Source: an uncultured Bacteroidales bacterium (GTDB taxonomy: Bacteria; Bacteroidota; Bacteroidia; Bacteroidales; VadinHA17). From it: a stretch of 64,000 nucleotides of DNA. The stretch lies in contig CAVYYH010000011.1 in assembly GCA_963772705.1 (NCBI GenBank), forward strand, positions 2,384 to 66,383. The letters are read 5' to 3'. A model generated the notes under the pieces. It saw nothing but the letters and a program-made list of their open reading frames with translations. It did not search any database and was not told the origin of the DNA. Of the stretch, positions 57,366 to 64,000 are shown one piece after another; positions within the stretch are counted from its first letter, which is position 1; each line of letters opens with the position of its first letter. Made by a program: the position numbers and the translations under genes.

Positions 57366-58123
57366 TGGACAAAACAACTTTCACCCTCCTGGTGTGGCTC
57401 TGGACCGCCATAGGCGTCATAGTCTTCCTCCTGTTGCTGTTTGTAACGGCACCCTACGGCAGACACTCCTCTAAGAAATGGGGCGTCACCATACCTGACC
57501 GGCTGGGATGGTTCATGATGGAAGTGCCGGCACTGCTTATATTTATATGGCTGATAATCACCGGTGATGCTCAGAAGACAGCTGTGGTATGGATCATAGC
57601 CTTTCTCTATGCGTTTCACTATTTCAACCGCTCAGTAATATATCCTATGCGTATCAGGACCAGAGGGAAAGAGATGCCCCTGGTCATTGCGCTGATGGCA
57701 ATATTCTTCAACTTCGTCAACGCAGGATTCCTGGGGTATTATACCGGAACCCTGCAGACACAGTACGGCAATGAATGGTTCACCGACCCACGCTTCGCAG
57801 CCGGACTGGCACTTTTCATTACCGGTATGATAATCAATGTCTCCTCAGACGAGAAGCTGATACATCTCAGGAAAAAAAGCACCAGCGGCTACCAGATTCC
57901 CCGCGGGGGACTGTTTGAGAAGATCTCCTGTCCGAACTTCTTCGGAGAGATAGTGGAATGGGCAGGGTTTGCAATTATCTGCTGGTCGCTGCCGGCCCTC
58001 TCGTTCTTTGTATGGACCTTCTGTAACCTGGTACCCCGGGCTCTTGCCCATCACAAATGGTACAGGAGCAATTTCAGTGATTATCCTCCCGGCAGAAAGG
58101 CTGTATTTCCCTTTATTTTGTAA
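57365..58123 (+). CDS. steroid 5-alpha-reductase (3-oxo-5-alpha-steroid 4-dehydrogenase) family membrane protein
   Basis: Six TM helices with C-terminal PRGGLFEKISCPNFFGEIVEWAGFA and HHKWY motifs. TGATG overlap with the upstream gene. Confidence 0.7.
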   Translation: MDKTTFTLLVWLWTAIGVIVFLLLLFVTAPYGRHSSKKWGVTIPDRLGWFMMEVPALLIFIWLIITGDAQKTAVVWIIAFLYAFHYFNRSVIYPMRIRTRGKEMPLVIALMAIFFNFVNAGFLGYYTGTLQTQYGNEWFTDPRFAAGLALFITGMIINVSSDEKLIHLRKKSTSGYQIPRGGLFEKISCPNFFGEIVEWAGFAIICWSLPALSFFVWTFCNLVPRALAHHKWYRSNFSDYPPGRKAVFPFIL

Positions 58124-58146
58124 CTTAACGTCTCATATCATCTGAA

Positions 58147-58896
58147 GTGGATTCTACTTATCTCAGTTATCGGCTAAGATTCGTCTGGCTTACGGTTTTT
58201 GCCGTAGCCATGGGTTTCCTTGAGGCTATTGTGGTAGTATATCTCAGAATGATATACTACCCCGAAGGATTCGATTTTCCGCTTGCCCTTATGCCCCCGG
58301 AGGTGCTGTCAGTTGAGTGGGTGAGGGAGATTGCAACCCTTGTCATGCTAGCCGCTGTTGGCATTATTGCAGGCAGAAATAATCTCCAGAGGCTCTTCTA
58401 CGCTCTCTTTGCCTTTGGGGTATGGGACATCATCTATTACGTGGCACTCAAGATCTTCCTCGCATGGCCTGCTTCTCTCCTTACCTGGGACCTTTTGTTC
58501 CTGATACCTCTCCCCTGGCTGGGGCCTGTGCTGGCACCCGTGATCTGCTCAGTCACAATGATGATCATGGCAGTCATCATTATCGGCAGACAGGAAAGAG
58601 GTTATACTGTGAGGCCCGCTCCTGCCGACTGGATATTGATCTATGGAGGCGCCGCAGTAATACTTTATACGTTCCTTATTGACTACTCAATGCTTATAAT
58701 TAACAGCGGCATACTGTCATCAGAGGGCACCCCGGCCGACGCAGAGAAACTCCTGTCAATAATAAACCAGTATATACCTGGCAGTTATAAATGGGTTCTC
58801 TTTGTTGCAGGGGAGCTGCTGATAATTGCCGGGACTGTCAGAATCTTCATTAAATCCAGGAAAAGAAAACTGCCGGTCGGGGAACCGGCAGTTTAG
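58147..58896 (+). CDS. polytopic membrane protein of unknown function
   Basis: 249 aa with about 7 hydrophobic helices. GTG start. Confidence 0.5.
   Translation: MDSTYLSYRLRFVWLTVFAVAMGFLEAIVVVYLRMIYYPEGFDFPLALMPPEVLSVEWVREIATLVMLAAVGIIAGRNNLQRLFYALFAFGVWDIIYYVALKIFLAWPASLLTWDLLFLIPLPWLGPVLAPVICSVTMMIMAVIIIGRQERGYTVRPAPADWILIYGGAAVILYTFLIDYSMLIINSGILSSEGTPADAEKLLSIINQYIPGSYKWVLFVAGELLIIAGTVRIFIKSRKRKLPVGEPAV
58867..58894 (-). terminator. intrinsic terminator for the minus-strand gene, embedded in the 3' end of the plus-strand gene
   Basis: Perfect 10-bp stem aaactgccgg / ccggcagttt with an 8-nt loop. On the minus strand it is followed by tcttttcc. Confidence 0.55.
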
Positions 58897-58933
58897 TGTT
58901 AAAAAAACGGACTTATGGAAAGAAAGAAGGAAT

Positions 58934-59962
58934 TCAGAGTTGACGGTAATAAACTGACATTGCTATGTAATCTGCAACACGTCTGGCACAATTCATCTCA
59001 CGCATAGGAATAATAAGGGTGCCGAGTGTCTCAAGCGCGGGTCCGATCAGCTCGCTCAGCTTCACACTCGTCCCGTCATCGAAGGTAAGCAGGATATCCC
59101 TGTGGCGGCAGACGGAGCCCTCTGTCTCATCCTCATCGGTGATCTTCACTGCTGCCGTTGACTGAAGCACACCGTTCAGGAAGACCTGTATCGAGTCTAT
59201 CCCGGTCGATCTTACTATATCAACGTCTCCTATTGTCAGAGTATATTTTCGTTCTGATTTGCGGAAATCCTTCCAGATAAAAACAGACTCTTCTCCCATA
59301 AGTATTTCTTCACCCTCCTTCAGCGAGAATGAAGAGATTGAAGTGTCACCCTTTGTATAAGAGACCATCACACTGTAATCATCTGTAAAATTATACTCCG
59401 AGGCATAATTGCCGTCTGTAAAATTGCTTCCTGCAGCCGTCACCTCGAGAGTACCGATATCTTCAGTATCAATGGCGAATCCTGCCATCAGCCTGTAGTC
59501 ATACCTCCTGAAGTATGAAAAATAGTTATGGTATTCACTCGCTGTAATTGTGAAATCATTCTCTTCTGCAACCTCTTCCGGATTGGTCTGGTAAAGGTAC
59601 CTTGGATGAAATATCATTTTCTGAGGAATGTTCACCACCAGCATTTCACTCTCGCCGGTTTTTTCAAACGTCCACCGGGGTCTCATGTCGCGATGGCACA
59701 TGTAGGTTTCCGGCTTGAAATCATATATGCCGGCTATCATGTCGAGCTCTATGCTGTCACTGTAAATCTCACCCGATTTAGTCTGATCTGACGCCGTCAT
59801 CAATTGGAAGCCCCTGGTATCAGAGATGACTGCCGTGGCTTTGTTAATCTTTAATGAGCTCTCATCCAGAGCATTCCTGAGAGACGTATCACCAACATTT
59901 CTTGAACACTGTGATGTCAGTATTGCTGCAATGACGATAAATAGGATAACGATCTTTCTCAT
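58934..59962 (-). CDS. hypothetical lipoprotein
   Basis: MRKIVILFIVIAAILTSQC lipobox at the second in-frame Met. About 342 aa with no assignable motif. Confidence 0.55.
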   Translation of the reverse strand: MRKIVILFIVIAAILTSQCSRNVGDTSLRNALDESSLKINKATAVISDTRGFQLMTASDQTKSGEIYSDSIELDMIAGIYDFKPETYMCHRDMRPRWTFEKTGESEMLVVNIPQKMIFHPRYLYQTNPEEVAEENDFTITASEYHNYFSYFRRYDYRLMAGFAIDTEDIGTLEVTAAGSNFTDGNYASEYNFTDDYSVMVSYTKGDTSISSFSLKEGEEILMGEESVFIWKDFRKSERKYTLTIGDVDIVRSTGIDSIQVFLNGVLQSTAAVKITDEDETEGSVCRHRDILLTFDDGTSVKLSELIGPALETLGTLIIPMREMNCARRVADYIAMSVYYRQL

Positions 59963-60185
59963 AATAAAGATATTAGATTTCAACTTGTCACTTTTTGCAA
60001 ATTTAAATATCATTTATGAAGTTTTGATGAAAATGATGCTGAAATAAATAGTTGTGCCGTTCTCCCGCATCAGGGTGAAAGAGGCGAATTGATATTTAAG
60101 ACAGTTGAAGGTATTGAATTGAAAAATTTATACATTTATACAGCCTGATTTTTAATTGAAATACCTAACCTAAAACATATTTACT

Positions 60186-60524
60186 ATGACAAGAAAAAGA
60201 ACTATGGGGTACACGCTCCTCCTCGTTATGGCCATGTTCCTGATCTCATGCGGTGGCGGAGGGAAGAAGGAAGTTAAGGAACCAACTGCTGAATCAGCTC
60301 TCATCGAGGTCTCCATCACCGGTATGACCTGCACCGGATGTGAAAATACGATACAGGCCAACCTGGCAAAGGTACCCGGCATTATTTCAGTAAAGGCATC
60401 TCACACGCTTGGCAATGCCATGGTTGAGTATGAGCCTGCAAAAGTAGATACTGCCAAAATCAAAGAGGTCGTTGACGGTCTCGGATATAATGCCGTTAAG
60501 GTAATGACCCGGCAGGCTGAGTAG
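60186..60524 (+). CDS. heavy-metal-associated (HMA) domain lipoprotein
   Basis: Lipobox LISC and GMTCTGCENT metal-binding motif. Confidence 0.8.
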   Translation: MTRKRTMGYTLLLVMAMFLISCGGGGKKEVKEPTAESALIEVSITGMTCTGCENTIQANLAKVPGIISVKASHTLGNAMVEYEPAKVDTAKIKEVVDGLGYNAVKVMTRQAE

Positions 60525-60576
60525 GCATCGGCAGACTGGCTGTTTACTTTCTGTTTTTTATCCAATCAATCCATCT

Positions 60577-61554
60577 ATGGAGAAAGAGAAGCAAGAGAAG
60601 AGCAATGAGAAGCCGGATCTCGACAAGGTTGTAGAGGCATCGAGGCGCGATTTCATTCGCAGGCTGTCAATTGCAGGGGCTGTTTCCGTCACCGGGGCAG
60701 CGGCGTTGTATTCGGGCCACAGTTTTGAGAAGGCCAAGCACAACAAGGGCATGATCAAGGTGCTCACCGAAGATAACAGACTGGTGGAGATTCCCGCTGA
60801 CCAGATCAAGGATCTCAAGCCTGACGTTAAGGCATTGAAGGCCAGGGGTAAAGAGGGACTTCAGGGAAAGAAGTGGGTGATGGTCATTGACCTGTCACGC
60901 TGCAGGAATGCCAGGAAATGCGTTGAGGCATGCCAGAGCGCTCATCATCTCAGACCCTATGAGTACCACATCAACACCCTGGTGATGAAGGAATCGGCCA
61001 ATACCCCCGAGTATTTCATGCCCAAGCCGTGCCAGCACTGCGATAACCCGCCCTGCGTCTCAGTCTGTCCGGTTGATGCAACTTACAAAAGGCAGGACGG
61101 CATAGTACTAATCGATAATGAGAGGTGTATCGGCTGTCGTTTCTGCATGGCTGCCTGTCCCTATTCTGCAAGGATGTTTCACTGGCAGGAGCCGTCACAG
61201 GCAGAGAATGACAAGGAGAAGACATATGACGTCGAGCTGAATGTGCCTCAGAAAAAGGGTACCATCTCGAAATGCCTATTCAGTGCTGACAGGATCAGGG
61301 AAGGGCTTCTTCCCTACTGTGTCTCCGCCTGCCCCAACGGCGTCTTCTATTTCGGTGATGAGAACGAGGATGCTGTTACCAACGGAACTACAAAAGAGAC
61401 TGTCATGCTGAGCGAGCTGCTTGAAAAGAATGCAGGATACAGGCTCCATGTAGAGCTGGGCACCAACCCGAGGGTGTATTACCTGCCGCCGAAAAACAGG
61501 CTCTTTGAGTTTGAGCGCGGTCCTGAGAAAGAATACAGGGAAGAAACGATCTAA
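60577..61554 (+). CDS. NrfC/PsrB/DsrO-type periplasmic 4Fe-4S ferredoxin subunit (Tat-exported)
   Basis: Twin-arginine motif SRRDFIRRLS. Several cysteine clusters (CQHCDNPPCVSVCP, CIGCRFCMAACP). Confidence 0.8.
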   Translation: MEKEKQEKSNEKPDLDKVVEASRRDFIRRLSIAGAVSVTGAAALYSGHSFEKAKHNKGMIKVLTEDNRLVEIPADQIKDLKPDVKALKARGKEGLQGKKWVMVIDLSRCRNARKCVEACQSAHHLRPYEYHINTLVMKESANTPEYFMPKPCQHCDNPPCVSVCPVDATYKRQDGIVLIDNERCIGCRFCMAACPYSARMFHWQEPSQAENDKEKTYDVELNVPQKKGTISKCLFSADRIREGLLPYCVSACPNGVFYFGDENEDAVTNGTTKETVMLSELLEKNAGYRLHVELGTNPRVYYLPPKNRLFEFERGPEKEYREETI

Positions 61555-61566
61555 AGCCTTGACAAT

Positions 61567-62916
61567 ATGAATGAAATACGTTTCAGCTCACCGGAGGAAC
61601 AGGTAAAGTTAGATTCCGTTGCAGCAGATGTTCTCAGGAATGTAAGGATAAGCAAGGGTTTCATCATCTGGATGGGCTTTCTGCTGCTCGCACTCGCAGC
61701 ATGTCTCTTCGCTTATATCATACAGCTCAGGGAAGGACTGGGTGTGACAGGCCTTCGTGACTATACCAGCTGGGGAATGTATATCGCCAACTTCGTCTTC
61801 TTTGTCGCGACAAGCCTCGTCGGAATGCTTATCAGTGCGGTTCTCGGTCTTATAGGTTACAGCTGGGTCAAACCCATCTCGAGAATCGCAGAGATAATCG
61901 CGATAGCCTTTGCTGCTGTTGCCGGACTGGTAATCATATCCGATATGGGGCGCCCTGACAGATTTCCATTCCTTTTCAGGTTCGGACGGATACAGTCGCC
62001 GATTCTTTGGGACGTTACCGTGGTTACTACTTATCTGGTGCTCAGCCTTTTACTTTGGTTCTTCCCTCTCATCCCCGACCTGGCAATATCAAAAAACAGA
62101 CTCCAGGGAAGACCCTCGTTCCTTGCAAAAACCTATGAAGTGCTTTCATTAAGATGGGAACACCATGAGTCACAGTACCGCATTCTGACACAGGCCATGA
62201 GGATCCTTCTGATTTTGATCATTCCTACTGCCTTTGCCATTCATACAGTCACCTCATGGCTCTTCGCGGTCACTCCCAGGACAGGATGGGACAGCACAAT
62301 TTTCGGACCCTACTTCCTTTCAGGCGCCTTCGTGTCAGGAACCGCCGCCGTAATTATTGCTATGTATTTCTTCAGGGTTAATTATAAACTTGAAAAGTAT
62401 CTCACACCATTCCACTTCGAAAAGATGGGACGGGTGCTGATCCTGGTATCGATAATATATATATATTTCAACCTGAACGAGTTTCTTGTCCCCGGATACA
62501 AGCTGAAGACCGGTGATGCAATACACCTGCGTGAACTCTTCACAGGGCATTACGCTATGCTTTTCTGGAGTGTTCAGCTGGCTGGCCTTGTCATACCGGT
62601 TATTCTCCTCCTCATAAAGCAAATGCGGAAACCGCTGCCGATGCTGATTATCTCAATATTTGTCCTTGCCGCCTCATGGTTTAAGCGTTATATCATTGTT
62701 GTTCCCGGCCAGGGGCACCCTAACCTTCCGATACAGAACGTACCTGTTGAGTGGGTTGTATACAAGCCTACCCTTATTGAAACAGCAATCACAATGGCAT
62801 CAATACTGCTTGTTCTTATCATTATTACTGTCCTTTCCAAGCTCTTCCCCGTCATCCCGATATGGGAAATGGCGGAGGATGGGCATGATAAAGAAAAACT
62901 TCCCGGTAACGAATAA
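61567..62916 (+). CDS. NrfD/PsrC-type polytopic quinone-interacting membrane subunit
   Basis: 449 aa with about 10 TM helices. Positioned directly after the NrfC-like gene. Confidence 0.75.
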   Translation: MNEIRFSSPEEQVKLDSVAADVLRNVRISKGFIIWMGFLLLALAACLFAYIIQLREGLGVTGLRDYTSWGMYIANFVFFVATSLVGMLISAVLGLIGYSWVKPISRIAEIIAIAFAAVAGLVIISDMGRPDRFPFLFRFGRIQSPILWDVTVVTTYLVLSLLLWFFPLIPDLAISKNRLQGRPSFLAKTYEVLSLRWEHHESQYRILTQAMRILLILIIPTAFAIHTVTSWLFAVTPRTGWDSTIFGPYFLSGAFVSGTAAVIIAMYFFRVNYKLEKYLTPFHFEKMGRVLILVSIIYIYFNLNEFLVPGYKLKTGDAIHLRELFTGHYAMLFWSVQLAGLVIPVILLLIKQMRKPLPMLIISIFVLAASWFKRYIIVVPGQGHPNLPIQNVPVEWVVYKPTLIETAITMASILLVLIIITVLSKLFPVIPIWEMAEDGHDKEKLPGNE

Positions 62917-62926
62917 CAGACTGTTT

Positions 62927-63868
62927 ATGAAATACTTTATTCAAATAGCACTTTTCACCTTATTGGCCACAGGATTTGCCAGGGGGCAGGACTGGGTAGT
63001 TCCTGAAGACAGGAAAGGGAGGCTCAGTACTTTTCCCTTCACCGATGAGACGAGACAAAGCGGAGAGAAGCTTTATCTGACAAACTGTATTTCATGTCAC
63101 GGTACGCCGGGCAAAGGCAACTACATCAACCTTGTCCCTCCACCGGGCGATCCGGCTACCGAAAAGATACAGAAAAACAGTGACGGTGAGATATTTCACA
63201 AAGTATCAGTCGGGAGAGGTCAGATGCCATCATTCCGCAATGTTCTGACCGGAGATGACATATGGCATGTGGTCTCTTACATAAGAAGCTTCAACAAGAA
63301 CTACGTTCAGAAAGTGATGCAGATAATCACATCATCTGCATACCCCGGAGCTGTGATAAAGATGACCCTTGGCTACAATGAGGCTGACAGCACGGTTCTC
63401 GTCATTGCCAGTGCTGTTGATGAAAAGAAAACCGTAGCTGTTGCCGGCGCAGGTGTCAGGCTCTTTGCGCGCCGTTATTTCGGGATGATGCCGGTAGACG
63501 AGGAGAAGACAACCAATGATGCCGGAGTCGCTGCCTTCAGAATCCCGGCAGGGCTTCCCGGTGATAAGGATGGAAATATTCATTTCAGCGCCAAATTCAC
63601 CGATGAGGATGTTTTCGGTATTGTGTCAAAGGATACTACACTGATGGCAGGAATCAAAACCATTCCGGTAAGCCTGCTGGCCGAGAGGGCTATGTGGAAT
63701 AACATAAGAAAAGCTCCCGTGTGGGTCATACTGACATACACCATCGGAGTGCTTGCAGTATGGGGATTTATCTTCCTGATCCTCATGAAACTGCGTGACA
63801 TATACACCATCGGCAGCGTCATTCAGGGGAAGAAATCAGGAGATACAATAACAGAGACCGAAAACTAA
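62927..63868 (+). CDS. membrane-anchored monohaem cytochrome c
   Basis: Signal peptide, CISCHG haem-binding motif, C-terminal TM helix. ATG 62927 is preferred over the ORF-track start 62660. Confidence 0.7.
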   Translation: MKYFIQIALFTLLATGFARGQDWVVPEDRKGRLSTFPFTDETRQSGEKLYLTNCISCHGTPGKGNYINLVPPPGDPATEKIQKNSDGEIFHKVSVGRGQMPSFRNVLTGDDIWHVVSYIRSFNKNYVQKVMQIITSSAYPGAVIKMTLGYNEADSTVLVIASAVDEKKTVAVAGAGVRLFARRYFGMMPVDEEKTTNDAGVAAFRIPAGLPGDKDGNIHFSAKFTDEDVFGIVSKDTTLMAGIKTIPVSLLAERAMWNNIRKAPVWVILTYTIGVLAVWGFIFLILMKLRDIYTIGSVIQGKKSGDTITETEN

Positions 63869-63878
63869 CCTCCATAAA

Positions 63879-64000
63879 TATGAAAAACCTGACTACTCTT
63901 GGAAGAATCCTGTTCGCCCTGCCATTTGCGGTGTTCGGGATAAACCATTTCATGATGATGGATTACTATGTTGGTATGCTTACCTCCTTTATTCCGCTCG
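63879..64000 (+). CDS. DoxX-like membrane protein (partial, runs off the window)
   Basis: MKNLTTLGRILFALPFAVFGINHF is a typical DoxX-family N-terminus. Confidence 0.5.

Noticed and set aside
1-64000. tRNA, rRNA, transposase, integrase, toxin-antitoxin or known defence-system genes
   Set aside because: I looked for T-loop-like ggttcgaatcc motifs, tyrosine-recombinase or DDE motifs, and small paired ORFs. I found nothing convincing on either strand.

Overview
This 64-kb window looks like it comes from a Bacteroidota-like genome. Most genes have A-rich leaders without a Shine-Dalgarno sequence. There are many lipoproteins, a TonB Plug-domain protein and a LolA-like protein. The window splits into two parts.

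(1) About 1-17.3 kb is AT-rich. It holds roughly 16 short, same-strand (+) ORFs of unrelated function. Almost every ORF is followed by a GC-rich element that starts with an inverse-core-like heptamer (RYYYAAC-like: ACCTAAC, CCATAAC, ACATAAC, GCATAAC) and ends with a core-like heptamer (GTTRRRY-like: GTTAGGT, GTTATGT, GTTAGCG, GTTATTG). Imperfect inverted repeats sit just inside the two heptamers. I read this as an integron-type gene-cassette array. No integrase is present in the window, and the array runs off the left edge. Many of its attC sites are unusually long (about 180-400 bp). They are mosaics of shared modules that carry GC hairpins with compensatory changes. From 17.3 to 26.5 kb the sequence stays AT-rich and holds accessory-looking genes, several of them frameshifted or decayed.

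(2) About 26.5-64 kb has visibly higher GC and tightly packed operons:
- an adenylate-forming enzyme, a membrane acyltransferase and an MMPL exporter;
- a 7-gene, mostly secreted hydrolase operon;
- an 8-gene translationally coupled operon with an RPH/PpsA-like kinase, a PlsY-like acyltransferase, an outer-membrane barrel candidate, a MacB/Lol-like ABC transporter and a LolA-like protein;
- an SDR plus steroid-5-alpha-reductase-like pair;
- an HMA lipoprotein, NrfC-like, NrfD-like and cytochrome c module.

I found no rRNA, tRNA, CRISPR array, transposase or integrase. Many frameshifts fall at homopolymer runs, so they may be assembly errors rather than real pseudogenes. All protein family calls come from motif recognition by eye, not from database searches.
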